NCBI GenBank assembly: GCA_013388985.1
Contig: JACAEF010000024.1
Location: 8,370-72,369, forward strand
DNA: 64,000 nt
Direction: 5' to 3'
From: Rhodocyclaceae bacterium
GTDB taxonomy: Bacteria > Pseudomonadota > Gammaproteobacteria > Burkholderiales > Rhodocyclaceae
Below, piece after piece: positions 53,502-63,719 of this stretch. The notes under the pieces are model-generated. The model saw only the letters and a program-made list of their open reading frames with translations. It ran no database searches and was not told where the DNA came from. How positions within the stretch are numbered: position 1 is the first letter of the stretch; each line of letters opens with the position of its first letter. A program made the position numbers and the translations under genes.

Positions 53502-54779
53502 ATGCAGAAACGTTTCAAGCTGAAATTGATCGCCGCGCTCGTCGCTGCCGCACCCGTCGGGGCGGCGTGGGCGTCGGGGTTCCAACTTCTTGAGCAGAAC
53601 GGCAGCGGCATCGCGACGGCCTATGCCGGTTCGGCGGCGATCGCCGACAATGCGAGCACGATCTTCTTCAATCCTGCCGGCATGACCAAGCTTCAGGCTC
53701 GGGAATTTTCGGTCGGTCTCGATGCCGTGCGACCGAGCTTCAAGTTTTCCAACAACGGCACCATCATCACTCCGGCGACAGGAACGGGCACCGGCGATGC
53801 CGGCGACTGGAGCTACATTCCGAACGGTTATCTGTCCTGGGCGCTGAACAAAGACGTCTATCTCGGCATCGGCCTCAGCGCGCCGTTTGGTCTGAAGACC
53901 GACTACGACCCCACCTGGGTGGGGCGTTTTCAGTCGATCAGCTTCGACATCAAGACCTACAACATCAACCCGTCGATCGCCTGGAAAGTCAATGACAAGG
54001 TCTCGCTCGGCTTCGGTGTCAACTGGCAGCGGATGGAGGCTGAATATCAGCGTTATGCAGCAGTAATCAACTCAGCAACCCAAAACACCAAAGTCGTGCT
54101 CGATGCCGATGACGACAGCTGGGGCTGGAATGCCGGCGTGCTGTTCGACCTCTCGCCGGCGACTCGGATCGGCATCTCCTATCGCTCGGCGATCAAGCAT
54201 ACCCTCGAAGGCACACTCAAATTCAGCGGGCCTGCTGCCCAATCGAACGCGCTGATGACCGACGTCAATGCCAAAGGCGAGATCAAACTGCCGGATACGC
54301 TGATCCTCAGTGTCGTGCAGAAGCTCGACGACAGATGGACGATGCTCGGTGATTTGTCTTGGACCGGCTGGTCGAGCGTCAACAAGGTCGACATCATTCG
54401 GACTTCGGGTGTGCTGAACGGCTCGACGGCTCAGACGCTCGATACCGACTTCCGTGACACTTGGCGGGTGGCCTTTGGCGGCATTTATCAATACAGTGCC
54501 GATTGGGATCTGCGCTTTGGCATCGCCTACGATCAGACGCCGGTCAAGAATGCGCAGAAGCGTTTGACCTCGCTGCCCGACAACGACCGGCTGTGGCTTT
54601 CTTTTGGCGGCCAAAGAAAATTTGGCAAGGATGCCAAGCTCGATCTCGGAGCGGCTTACCTGTATGTGAAGGATACCGCCATCGACAACAATCAGACCTT
54701 GTCTGGTCGCGGCTGGGTGAAGGGCAGTTACGACTCCAGCGTCTGGATTCTCGGTGCTCAATACTCCCAAGCATTCTGA
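53502..54779 (+). CDS. fadL: Long-chain fatty acid outer-membrane transporter (FadL/OMPP1/TodX family)
   Basis: Signal peptide ...AAAPVGAAWA, hatch-region SGFQLLEQNGSGIATAYAGSAA, beta-barrel ending in ...GAQYSQAF. Confidence 0.85.
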   Translation: MQKRFKLKLIAALVAAAPVGAAWASGFQLLEQNGSGIATAYAGSAAIADNASTIFFNPAGMTKLQAREFSVGLDAVRPSFKFSNNGTIITPATGTGTGDAGDWSYIPNGYLSWALNKDVYLGIGLSAPFGLKTDYDPTWVGRFQSISFDIKTYNINPSIAWKVNDKVSLGFGVNWQRMEAEYQRYAAVINSATQNTKVVLDADDDSWGWNAGVLFDLSPATRIGISYRSAIKHTLEGTLKFSGPAAQSNALMTDVNAKGEIKLPDTLILSVVQKLDDRWTMLGDLSWTGWSSVNKVDIIRTSGVLNGSTAQTLDTDFRDTWRVAFGGIYQYSADWDLRFGIAYDQTPVKNAQKRLTSLPDNDRLWLSFGGQRKFGKDAKLDLGAAYLYVKDTAIDNNQTLSGRGWVKGSYDSSVWILGAQYSQAF

Positions 54780-54800
54780 CCTCTTCCACCCTTCACACGA

Positions 54801-54826
54801 CCCCGGAACTCCTCCGGGGTTTTTTT
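54801..54826 (+). terminator. Rho-independent terminator after fadL (CCCCGGA-actcc-TCCGGGG-TTTTTTT)
   Basis: 7-bp GC-rich stem, 5-nt loop, T7 run, 22 nt after the fadL stop. Confidence 0.8.
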
Positions 54827-54868
54827 CGCCTTGAGCTTGACAAGGCTGGCGCGATTGAGCATACAATT

Positions 54869-54882
54869 CAAACGTTCGTTTA
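54869..54882. promoter_or_regulatory. PsrA-type operator-like site CAAAC-GTTC-GTTTA upstream of the beta-oxidation operon
   Basis: Read directly, 17 nt upstream of the GTG start at 54899. Confidence 0.45.
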
Positions 54883-54898
54883 ATAAGGAGGGAGTGGA

Positions 54899-57295
54899 GT
54901 GAACAACCCGACCATCAAACGCGTCGCGGTGCTCGGCGCCGGCGTGATGGGGGCGCAGATCGCCGCCCATCTGGCCAATGCCCGTGTGCCCGTGGTGCTC
55001 TTCGACCTGGCGGCCAAGGATGGCGATCCCGATGCCATCGTCAAGAAGGCGCTCGATAGCCTGAAGAAGCTCAAGCCCGCGCCCCTGGCGACCAGGAACG
55101 TGCTGCCTTACATCGACATCGCCAATTACGACCAGCATCTTGCCCGCCTGGGCGAGTGCGATCTGGTGATCGAGGCGATCGCCGAACGGCTCGACTGGAA
55201 GAAGGAGCTCTACGCGAAGATCGTCCCGCATCTGGCGCCGTCCGCGATCCTGGCCTCGAACACTTCGGGGCTCTCCCTGGCGGCGCTGTCGGCCGTGATG
55301 CCCGAGTCGATCCGCCCGCGCTTCTGTGGCATCCATTTCTTCAACCCGCCGCGCTACATGCATCTCGTGGAATTGATCGCGGCGCCGGATACTCAGGCCG
55401 TGCTGCTCGACGGACTGGAGACCTGGCTGACGATGCGCCTGGGCAAGGGCGTGGTGCGCGCGCTCGATACGCCGAACTTCATCGCCAACCGCATCGGCGT
55501 GTTCTCGATGCTGGCGGTGATGCACCATACCGAGGCATTCGGACTCGGCTTCGACGAGGTCGATGCCCTGACCGGCCCGCTGATCGGCCGGCCGAAGAGC
55601 GCGACCTATCGCACTGCCGACGTCGTCGGCCTCGACACGCTGGCGCATGTCGTGCGCACGATGCAGGAGGCGCTGCCCGAGGACCCTTGGCATGCGCATT
55701 TCCAGATTCCGCTCTGGCTGTCGATGCTGATCGAGAAGGGCGCGTTGGGGCAAAAGGTCGGCGCCGGCATCTACCGCAAGCTGGGAAAGGAAATCCAGGT
55801 GCTCGATCTCAAGCTGCGGGACTATCGCCCTTCGGGCGGAACCGTGGCCGAGGAGGTGGCGGCGATCCTGAAGAACAGGAATCCGGCGGAGAGGTTCGCC
55901 CAGTTGCGGGCGAGCCAGCATCCGCAGGCCCGCTTCCTCTGGGCGATCTTCCGCGATCTGTTCCATTACGCGGCCTGTCATCTGGCCGCGATCGCCGACA
56001 ATGCGCGCGACGTCGATCTCGCGCTGCGCTGGGGCTTCGGCTGGCAGCTCGGCCCGTTCGAGACCTGGCAGGCGGCCGGCTGGCAGGCGATCGCGGAGGC
56101 GATCAGTGACGACATCGCGGCAGGCAAGGCGATGAGCACGGCGCCGCTGCCCGCCTGGGTGAGCGATGGGCGCGGCGGCGTGCATGCGCCCGAAGGCTCG
56201 TGGTCGGCGCGGCGGCAGGGTTATGTGCCGCGCTCGGCGCTGCCGGTCTATCGCCGCCAGCTCTTTCCCGAGCGGCTCGTCGGCGAAGGCGGCGCGGACT
56301 GGAGCACGGCCGGGGAGACGCTTTTCGCCAACGAAGGCGTGCGGCTGTGGCGCCTGCCAGAAGTCGATGCCGGCATCGGCATCCTGTCGGTGATCTCGAA
56401 GAACCACACGTTGGGTTCCGAGGTGCTCGACGGCATCCAGGCGGCCGTGCGCACCGCCGAGGAAAAGCTCGACGGGCTGGTGATCTGGCACCCGGCGCCG
56501 TTCGCGGTGGGGGCGAATCTCAAGCAGGTGCTGGGGGCGATCCAGTCCGGCCAGTGGGGTCTGCTCGAAGCGACGGTCGAGAAATTCCAGCGCACCTCGC
56601 AGGCGCTCAAATACGCCCAGCTGCCGGTGGTGGCCGCAGTCGAGGGCATGGCCTTGGGCGGCGGCTGCGAGTTCCTGATGCATTGCGCGAAACGCGTGCT
56701 GGCGCTGGAGTCCTACGTCGGCCTCGTCGAAGCCGGCGTCGGGCTGATCCCGGCCGGCGGCGGCTGCAAGGAGTTTGCCGTTCGGGCCGCGCAGTGGGCG
56801 GCCCGCTCGGCGACGCCCGCCGAAGTGTTCGATTATCTGCAGCCGGTATTTCAGACCATTGCGATGGCCAAAGTGGCGGAGAGCGCCTTGGAAGCGATCG
56901 ATTACGGTTTCGCCCAGCCGACCGACACGGTGCGCTTCAATGCCAAGGAAATCCTCCATGTGGCGCTCAAGGAGGCGCGCGCGCTGGCCGACGCGGGATT
57001 CGTGCCGCCGCTGCCGGCGCGTGACATTCCCGTCGCCGGTCGCACGGGCATCGCCAGCTTCGAGATGATGCTGGTGAACATGAAGGAAGGCGCGATGATT
57101 TCGGCGCACGACTATCGCGTCGCCAAGGCGGCGGCGGTGGCTTTGTGCGGCGGCGAGGTCGAGACCGGTTGCCGGGTCGATGAGGAATGGCTGCTTACCA
57201 TCGAGCGGCGCGAATTCATGCAGCTTTTGCGCACGCCGGAAACCCAGGCGCGCATCGCGCACATGATGGAAACCGGCAAGCCTTTGAGGAACTGA
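54899..57295 (+). CDS. Bifunctional 3-hydroxyacyl-CoA dehydrogenase / enoyl-CoA hydratase
   Basis: N-terminal Rossmann VAVLGAGVMGAQIAAHLA, C-terminal crotonase fold AAVEGMALGGGCEFLMHC. 798 aa. GTG start with RBS AAGGAGGGAG. Confidence 0.85.
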   Translation: MNNPTIKRVAVLGAGVMGAQIAAHLANARVPVVLFDLAAKDGDPDAIVKKALDSLKKLKPAPLATRNVLPYIDIANYDQHLARLGECDLVIEAIAERLDWKKELYAKIVPHLAPSAILASNTSGLSLAALSAVMPESIRPRFCGIHFFNPPRYMHLVELIAAPDTQAVLLDGLETWLTMRLGKGVVRALDTPNFIANRIGVFSMLAVMHHTEAFGLGFDEVDALTGPLIGRPKSATYRTADVVGLDTLAHVVRTMQEALPEDPWHAHFQIPLWLSMLIEKGALGQKVGAGIYRKLGKEIQVLDLKLRDYRPSGGTVAEEVAAILKNRNPAERFAQLRASQHPQARFLWAIFRDLFHYAACHLAAIADNARDVDLALRWGFGWQLGPFETWQAAGWQAIAEAISDDIAAGKAMSTAPLPAWVSDGRGGVHAPEGSWSARRQGYVPRSALPVYRRQLFPERLVGEGGADWSTAGETLFANEGVRLWRLPEVDAGIGILSVISKNHTLGSEVLDGIQAAVRTAEEKLDGLVIWHPAPFAVGANLKQVLGAIQSGQWGLLEATVEKFQRTSQALKYAQLPVVAAVEGMALGGGCEFLMHCAKRVLALESYVGLVEAGVGLIPAGGGCKEFAVRAAQWAARSATPAEVFDYLQPVFQTIAMAKVAESALEAIDYGFAQPTDTVRFNAKEILHVALKEARALADAGFVPPLPARDIPVAGRTGIASFEMMLVNMKEGAMISAHDYRVAKAAAVALCGGEVETGCRVDEEWLLTIERREFMQLLRTPETQARIAHMMETGKPLRN

Positions 57296-57297
57296 CA

Positions 57298-58494
57298 ATG
57301 AGCAAACAGATTCAAGATGCCTACATCGTCGCTGCCAAACGGTTGCCGGTGGCGAAGAAGAACGGCATGTTCCGTTACGTGCGGCCCGATGACATGCTTG
57401 CCCAGGCGATCCGCACGGTGGTCGCGGAAGTGCCGCAATTCGACCCGGCGCGCATCGGCGACGTCATCGTCGGCTGCGCGATGCCCGAGGCCGAGCAGGG
57501 CATGAACGTCGCGCGCATCGGCCTGCTGCTCGCCGGCCTGCCGGTTTCGGTGCCGGGGATGACGATCAACCGCTTCTGCGCCTCGGGCTTGCAGGCGGTC
57601 GCCGATGCCGCGAACCAGATCCGCCTCGGCCTGGCCGATGTGATGGTCGCGGCGGGCACCGAGTCGATGACCATCATGCCGCAGATGATGGGCAACAAAG
57701 TGGCGATGAACCCCGCCGTGTTCTCCGACGAGAACGTCGGCATCGCTTTTGGCATGGGGCTCACTGCCGAGAACGTCGCGGCGCGCTGGAAAGTCTCCCG
57801 CGAGGATCAGGACGCCTTCGCGCTCGAATCGCATCGCCGCGCGCTGGCGGCGATCGCCGCCGGGCATTTCAAGGCGGAGATCACGCCTTATCCGGTGCGC
57901 GAGCATCTTCCGGATCTGGCAACGGGCGAGGTGAAGCTGCGGGAATTCGTCGCCGAGAACGATGAAGGGCCGCGCGCCGACAGCTCGCTGGAAAAGCTCG
58001 CGAAACTGAAGCCGGTGTTCCATGCGAAGGGATCGGTCACGGCGGGCAATTCCTCGCAGATGTCGGATGGCGCGGCGGCGGTGCTGCTGATGTCCGAGCG
58101 GGCGCTGAAGGAAACCGGCGCCACGCCGCTGGCGCGCTTCGTCGGCTATGCGGTGGCGGGCGTCGAACCCGAGATCATGGGCATCGGGCCGATCGCGGCG
58201 ATTCCGAAGGTATTGGCGCAGACCGGCGTGAAGCAGGAGGAGCTCGACTGGATCGAGCTCAACGAAGCCTTCGCGGCGCAGTCGCTGGCGGTGATCCGCG
58301 AGCTCGGCCTCGACCCGGCGAAGGTGAACCCGCTGGGCGGCGCGATCGCCCTCGGACATCCGCTCGGCGCCACCGGCGCGATCCGCACCGCGACCGTCGT
58401 GCATGGCCTGAGGCGCACGTCCGCCCGCTATGGCATGGTGACGATGTGCATCGGCACCGGCATGGGGGCGGCGGGAGTCTTCGAGCGCATCTGA
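57298..58494 (+). CDS. fadA: Acetyl-CoA C-acyltransferase (3-ketoacyl-CoA thiolase)
   Basis: Active-site [38 protein letters not shown] lies 3 nt after the upstream stop. Confidence 0.9.
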   Translation: MSKQIQDAYIVAAKRLPVAKKNGMFRYVRPDDMLAQAIRTVVAEVPQFDPARIGDVIVGCAMPEAEQGMNVARIGLLLAGLPVSVPGMTINRFCASGLQAVADAANQIRLGLADVMVAAGTESMTIMPQMMGNKVAMNPAVFSDENVGIAFGMGLTAENVAARWKVSREDQDAFALESHRRALAAIAAGHFKAEITPYPVREHLPDLATGEVKLREFVAENDEGPRADSSLEKLAKLKPVFHAKGSVTAGNSSQMSDGAAAVLLMSERALKETGATPLARFVGYAVAGVEPEIMGIGPIAAIPKVLAQTGVKQEELDWIELNEAFAAQSLAVIRELGLDPAKVNPLGGAIALGHPLGATGAIRTATVVHGLRRTSARYGMVTMCIGTGMGAAGVFERI

Positions 58495-58621
58495 GCTTCG
58501 GGCCGATGTCAGACCAGGTTGGCTTGGGTGCCTGCCGCCGCATGGCTCCTGCGGGTCGGGCGGTCGGGCACATCCGCTCCATCGCCTGCCAAGAACATCA
58601 TCGACGAATAGGAGGAGGAGC

Positions 58622-59200
58622 ATGCGAAACGCCCGGCGGATGATGCAGACCGTGTTGTTCGCGGCGAGCCTGGCCATCGCGAATGCGGCGATGGCGCTCG
58701 ACGTGGCAGGCGTCAAGGTCGAAGAACGTGTCCAAGTCGCGGGCAAGGAGCTGGCGCTCAATGGCGCCGGCCTTCGCACCCGGCTGTTCTTCAAGGTCTA
58801 TGTCGCGGCGCTGTATGCCGAGAAGCCGAGCAAGGATGCGACCGTGCTGATCGCCGGGCCGGGAAGCCGGCGCATCGTCATGACGATGCTGCGCGAGCTC
58901 GATGCCGAGACGCTCCAGGGCGCGCTCGAAGAGGGCTTGCGCAACAATCTGACGGAAGCCGAACGGGCGGCGCTCAAGCCGTCGATCGAGGCGCTGGGGA
59001 CGGCGATGCGCTCGATCGGCAAGGTTGTGCCGGGTGATACCGTGACGCTCGATTTTTCGGGCGAAGGTCTGTCCATTGCCTACAATGGCTCGCCCCGTGG
59101 CAAGATCGCCGATGAGAGGATCGGCCCGGCGGTGCTGAAGGTCTGGCTCGGCGAAAAACCAGCCGAGGAGGCACTCAAGCAGGCGCTGCTCGGCCGCTGA
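58622..59200 (+). CDS. Secreted chalcone-isomerase-like (CHI-fold, fatty-acid-binding-type) protein
   Basis: Signal peptide ...LAIANAAMA. LNGAGLRTRLFFKVYVAALY is the characteristic CHI-like family segment. Confidence 0.6.
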   Translation: MRNARRMMQTVLFAASLAIANAAMALDVAGVKVEERVQVAGKELALNGAGLRTRLFFKVYVAALYAEKPSKDATVLIAGPGSRRIVMTMLRELDAETLQGALEEGLRNNLTEAERAALKPSIEALGTAMRSIGKVVPGDTVTLDFSGEGLSIAYNGSPRGKIADERIGPAVLKVWLGEKPAEEALKQALLGR

Positions 59201-59225
59201 TCCCCGTGAGAGGAGGAGAGGGACG

Positions 59226-60884
59226 ATGGACAAGGTCTGGTTGAGGAGCTATCCGCCGGGCGTGCCGGCAGAGATCGATCCGGCGCGCTTTGCGAGCGTC
59301 GCGGCGCTGTTTGCCGAGTCTTGCGAGAAATTCGCCGAAAAAACCGCTTATCTGTCGATGGGCAAGGGTATCGGCTATCGCCAGTTGCATGCCGATGCGC
59401 AGGCCTTCGCCGGCTGGTTGCAGTCGCGCGGGGTGAAGAAGGGCGACCGCGTCGCGCTGATGATGCCCAACGTGCTGCAGTATCCGGTGGCGCTGTTCGG
59501 CACGCTGCTCGCCGGCGCGGTGGTGGTCAATTGCAACCCGCTCTACACGCCGCGCGAGCTCGAACACCAGCTCAAGGATTCCGGCGCGACGACGATCGTG
59601 ATCCTGGAAAACTTCGCCCACACGCTGCAGGCGGTGCTCGACAAGACTGCGGTGCGCAATGTCGTCGTCACCTCGCTCGGCGAGATGCTGGGCGTGAAGG
59701 GCCTGATCGTCAATTTCGTCGTGCGCCATGTCAAGAAGCTCGTGCCGGCCTGGCGTCTGCCGCAGGTGATCGACTTTCGCCGCGCACTGGCCGAGGGCAG
59801 GCGCCAGGGCTTTGGCGCCGTGCCGCTCGGTCATGACGATCTCGCTTTCCTGCAATACACGGGCGGCACCACCGGTATCTCGAAAGGCGCGATGCTCACC
59901 CACGGCAACATCTGCGCCAACGTGCTCCAGGCGCATGCCTGGATTCAGGGCGATCTCGAAGAGGGCAAGGAAGTCATCGTCACCGCGCTGCCGCTCTATC
60001 ACATCTTCGCGCTGACCGCGAACTGCCTGACTTTCGTGCTGATGGGCGCGCGCAACGTGCTGATCGCCAACCCGCGCGACATTCCGCATTTCGTCAGGGA
60101 GTGGGCGAAACATCCGGTCTCGGTGGTCACCGGCGTCAATACGCTGTTCAATGCGCTGCTGAACAACGAGGCATTCCGCAAGCTCGATTTCTCGACGATG
60201 AAGGTGACGCTCGGCGGTGGCATGGCGGTGCTGAAAGCGACGGCCGATCGCTGGCGCGAAGTGGTCGGCGTGCCGCTGATCCAGGCCTACGGTCTGACCG
60301 AGACTTCGCCGGCGGCGACGATCAATCCACTGAACCTGACCGAGTTCAACGGCTCGATCGGCCTGCCGATCTCCTCGACCGAGGTCTCGATCCGCGCCGA
60401 CGACGGTCACGAAGTGCCGCTCGGCCAGGTCGGCGAGATCTGTATCCGCGGCCCGCAGGTGATGAAGGGTTACTGGCAGCGGCCGGACGAGACCGCCAAC
60501 GTGCTGCTGCCGGACGGTTTCCTGCGCACCGGCGATCTCGGCTATGTCGATGCCAACGGCTTCGTCTATCTGGTGGATCGCAAGAAGGACATGATCCTGG
60601 TTTCGGGCTTCAACGTCTTCCCGAACGAAGTCGAGGAAGCGGTGGCCCAGCATCCGGGCGTGCTCGAGGCGGCGGCGATCGGCGTGCCCGACGAGCATTC
60701 GGGCGAGGCGGTGAAGATCTTCGTCGTGCGCAAGGACCCGAACCTTACCGCCGAGGAGCTGATCGCCCACTGCCGGCAGCTGCTCACCGGCTACAAGGTG
60801 CCCAAGCACGTCGAGTTTCGCGCCGATCTGCCGAAGACCAATGTCGGCAAGATTTTGCGCCGGGCGCTGAAGGAGCAGGGCTGA
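59226..60884 (+). CDS. fadD: Long-chain-fatty-acid--CoA ligase
   Basis: AMP-binding motifs LQYTGGTTGISKGAMLTHGN, AYGLTETSP, LRTGDLGYVDANGFVYLVDRKKDMI, and the terminal ...PKTNVGKILRR. Confidence 0.9.
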   Translation: MDKVWLRSYPPGVPAEIDPARFASVAALFAESCEKFAEKTAYLSMGKGIGYRQLHADAQAFAGWLQSRGVKKGDRVALMMPNVLQYPVALFGTLLAGAVVVNCNPLYTPRELEHQLKDSGATTIVILENFAHTLQAVLDKTAVRNVVVTSLGEMLGVKGLIVNFVVRHVKKLVPAWRLPQVIDFRRALAEGRRQGFGAVPLGHDDLAFLQYTGGTTGISKGAMLTHGNICANVLQAHAWIQGDLEEGKEVIVTALPLYHIFALTANCLTFVLMGARNVLIANPRDIPHFVREWAKHPVSVVTGVNTLFNALLNNEAFRKLDFSTMKVTLGGGMAVLKATADRWREVVGVPLIQAYGLTETSPAATINPLNLTEFNGSIGLPISSTEVSIRADDGHEVPLGQVGEICIRGPQVMKGYWQRPDETANVLLPDGFLRTGDLGYVDANGFVYLVDRKKDMILVSGFNVFPNEVEEAVAQHPGVLEAAAIGVPDEHSGEAVKIFVVRKDPNLTAEELIAHCRQLLTGYKVPKHVEFRADLPKTNVGKILRRALKEQG

Positions 60885-61825
60885 TGCCGGTTCCTGCCGC
60901 TTTGGCGAAAAATCTGGCGCTGCCGGTGATCGGCGCGCCGATGTTCATCGTCTCGACGCCGGCGCTGGTGATCGCCCAGTGCAAGGCCGGCATCATCGGT
61001 GCTTTCCCCGCCCTCAATGCGCGACCGGCGGAGAAGCTGGATGAGTGGCTGACGACGATCGAGGCGGCGCTCGGCGATGGCCAGGCGGCTGCCTACGCGG
61101 TGAATCTGATCGTGCATCCGACCAACGAGCGGCTCGAGGCCGATCTCGCCGCCTGTGTCGCCCATCGCGTGCCGCTGGTGATCACCAGCTTAGGCAAGCC
61201 GAGCGCGATCGTCGCCGCGGTGCATGGCTATGGCGGCCTGGTGTTCCATGACGTGACCAATGTGCGTCATGCCGAGAAGGCGCTCGAAGCCGGCGTCGAC
61301 GGTCTGATCCTGGTCGCGGCCGGCGCCGGCGGGCATGGCGGAACCTCGAGCCCCTTCGCGCTGGTGGCCGAGGTGCGGCGCTTCTACGAGGGCCCGCTGG
61401 CGCTGGCGGGCGCGCTCACGCAGGGTCGGCAGATCCTCGCCGCGCAGGCGCTGGGCGCCGATTTCGCCTATCTCGGCACACGCTTCATCGCCACGCAGGA
61501 GGCCAACGCCAGCGCCGACTACAAGCAGGCGATCCTCGCCGCCCGGAGTGATGACATCGTCTATACGCCGTATTTCACCGGCGTGCCCGGTAATTACCTG
61601 AAGAGCAGCATCGTCCGCGCCGGCCTCGATCCCGAGCGGCTGCCTTCCGGTCACGGGCCGAAACTTGAATTCACGCGCGCCACCGAGGGCGCCAAGGCCT
61701 GGCGCGACATCTGGGGCGCCGGCCAGGGGGTGGGCGCGATCGACGACATCCCGAGCGCCGCGGTACTGATCGCGCGGCTGAAAGACGAATTCCAACAGGC
61801 ACGGACCTCGCTGTGTGGGCGTTGA
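60884..61825 (+). CDS. Nitronate monooxygenase / FabK-like FMN oxidoreductase (NMO family)
   Basis: PVIGAPMFIVSTPALVIAQCKAGIIGAF and LILVAAGAGGHGG. ATG overlaps the fadD stop. Confidence 0.75.
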   Translation: MPVPAALAKNLALPVIGAPMFIVSTPALVIAQCKAGIIGAFPALNARPAEKLDEWLTTIEAALGDGQAAAYAVNLIVHPTNERLEADLAACVAHRVPLVITSLGKPSAIVAAVHGYGGLVFHDVTNVRHAEKALEAGVDGLILVAAGAGGHGGTSSPFALVAEVRRFYEGPLALAGALTQGRQILAAQALGADFAYLGTRFIATQEANASADYKQAILAARSDDIVYTPYFTGVPGNYLKSSIVRAGLDPERLPSGHGPKLEFTRATEGAKAWRDIWGAGQGVGAIDDIPSAAVLIARLKDEFQQARTSLCGR

Positions 61826-61850
61826 TGCCGTCCCGCCAGCGCCGATTTTT
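61825..61850 (+). repeat. Dispersed intergenic repeat, copy 10 (ATGCCGTCCCGCCAGCGCCGATTTTT)
   Basis: Read directly. Starts at the last base of the NMO stop codon and lies 32 nt upstream of the next ATG. Confidence 0.85.
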
Positions 61851-61882
61851 TTCATGACGACCGATATCAAGGAGTGGAAGCA

Positions 61883-63688
61883 ATGAGTGACTACCGGGCA
61901 CCCGTCGAAGAAATGCGTTTTCTGATCGAAGAGATCGCCGGGCTCTCCGAGATCCGCCAACTGCCGGGCTGCGAGGAGGCCAGCGAAGACGTCGCGGCGG
62001 CGATCCTCGACGAGGCGGCGAAGTTCGCCGGCGAGGTGCTCTCGCCACTGAACCGCATTGGCGACAAGACTGGCTGCCGGCTCGAAGGCGATGTCGTGAC
62101 CACGCCGCCAGGCTGGAAGGAGGCTTACCGGCAATTCTGCGAGGCCGGCTGGGGCGGCATCACCGCGCCTGCGGAGTTCGGCGGCCAGGGCCTGCCCAAG
62201 GCGCTCGGCGTGGCGGTCGAGGAGATGTGGAATGCGGCCAACATGGCGTTCGCGCTCGGGCCGATGCTCACCACCGGCGCCGTCGATGCGCTGCTCACCG
62301 CCGGCACGCCCGAGATCCAGGCGCTGTATCTGCCGAAGATGATCTCCGGCGAGTGGACCGGGACGATGAACCTCACCGAGCCGCAGGCCGGTTCCGATCT
62401 GGCGCTGATCCGCACCCGTGCCGAGCCGCAGGCCGACGGCAGCTATCGGCTCTATGGCCAGAAGATCTTCATCACCTATGGCGAACACGACCTGAGCGAA
62501 AACATCATCCATCTCGTGCTCGCCCGGTTGCCCGATGCGCCGCCCGGCGTGAAGGGCATCTCGCTATTCGTCGTGCCGAAGTTCCTGGTCAAGCCGGATG
62601 GCTCGCCGGGCGAGAGGAACGACGTGCATTGCGTGTCGATCGAGCACAAGCTCGGCATCCACGCCAGTCCCACCTGCGTGATGGCCTACGGCGATAACGG
62701 CGGCGCGGTGGGCTATCTTGTCGGCGAGCCGAATTCCGGCCTCAAGTACATGTTCATCATGATGAATGCGGCGCGCCATGCGGTGGGACTGCAGGGCGTG
62801 GCGATCGCCGAGCGCGCCTATCAGCAGGCGCTCGCCTATGCGCGCGAGCGCAAGCAGGGGCGCGATCTGGCCAGCGGCGAAGGGCCGGTGAGCATCGACC
62901 GCCATCCCGACGTGCAACGCATGCTGCTGACGATCAAGGCACGCACCGAGGCGGCGCGCGCACTCGCCTACTATGCCGCAGGACAGTTCGACCGCGCCCA
63001 TCATCATCCCGATGCCGCGGAGCGCGAAGCGGCATTGATGCTCGGCGAGCTGTTGATCCCGCTGGTCAAGGGCGGGGCCACTGAAATGAGCATCGAGGCG
63101 ACCTCGTTGGCCGTGCAGGTGCACGGCGGCATGGGCTATGTCGAGGAAACGGGCGCCGCCCAGCATTTCCGCGATGCGCGCATCACGACGATCTACGAGG
63201 GCACCACCGCGATCCAGGCCAACGACCTGATCGGCCGCAAGCTGATGCGCGACCAGGGGGCGACGCTGAAAAGGCTTTTGGGCATGGTCGAGGCGACCTG
63301 CAAGGAACTCGCGGCGAGCGGCGACGCGGAGCTTGCCGCGATCGGTGCGCGTCTTACCAAGGCGCTTGCCGCCTGGGGCGAAGCGGCCCGCTGGGTCGGC
63401 GAGAACCTCAAAGGCAACACGCTCGGCGTCTTCGCCGGCTCGGTGCCCTTCCTCGAACTGTCGAGCCGGGTCGCCGGCGGCTGGCTGCTGGCGAAAGCGG
63501 CGCAGATCGCCAAGCGGCGGCTGGCCGAAGGCGTGGGGAACGCCCGCTTCTACCAGGCCAAGATCGCCAGCGCGCGGTTTTACGCCGATCATCAGCTGCC
63601 GCAGGCCAAGGCATTGGCCGTGTCGATCCAGACGCTCGAGGCGGCGAACCTGACAGCCTACGGCCCCGTACTCTCCGCGTATGATTGA
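61883..63688 (+). CDS. Long acyl-CoA dehydrogenase (FadE-type with C-terminal extension)
   Basis: ACAD motifs (GEWTGTMNLTEPQAGSDL, GGMGYVEETGAAQHFRDARITTIYEGTTAIQANDLIGRK). About 600 aa. RBS AAGGAG 8 nt before the ATG. Confidence 0.85.
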   Translation: MSDYRAPVEEMRFLIEEIAGLSEIRQLPGCEEASEDVAAAILDEAAKFAGEVLSPLNRIGDKTGCRLEGDVVTTPPGWKEAYRQFCEAGWGGITAPAEFGGQGLPKALGVAVEEMWNAANMAFALGPMLTTGAVDALLTAGTPEIQALYLPKMISGEWTGTMNLTEPQAGSDLALIRTRAEPQADGSYRLYGQKIFITYGEHDLSENIIHLVLARLPDAPPGVKGISLFVVPKFLVKPDGSPGERNDVHCVSIEHKLGIHASPTCVMAYGDNGGAVGYLVGEPNSGLKYMFIMMNAARHAVGLQGVAIAERAYQQALAYARERKQGRDLASGEGPVSIDRHPDVQRMLLTIKARTEAARALAYYAAGQFDRAHHHPDAAEREAALMLGELLIPLVKGGATEMSIEATSLAVQVHGGMGYVEETGAAQHFRDARITTIYEGTTAIQANDLIGRKLMRDQGATLKRLLGMVEATCKELAASGDAELAAIGARLTKALAAWGEAARWVGENLKGNTLGVFAGSVPFLELSSRVAGGWLLAKAAQIAKRRLAEGVGNARFYQAKIASARFYADHQLPQAKALAVSIQTLEAANLTAYGPVLSAYD

Positions 63689-63719
63689 GGCAACCCCCAA
63701 CGACGACGCAGGAGAAGTC

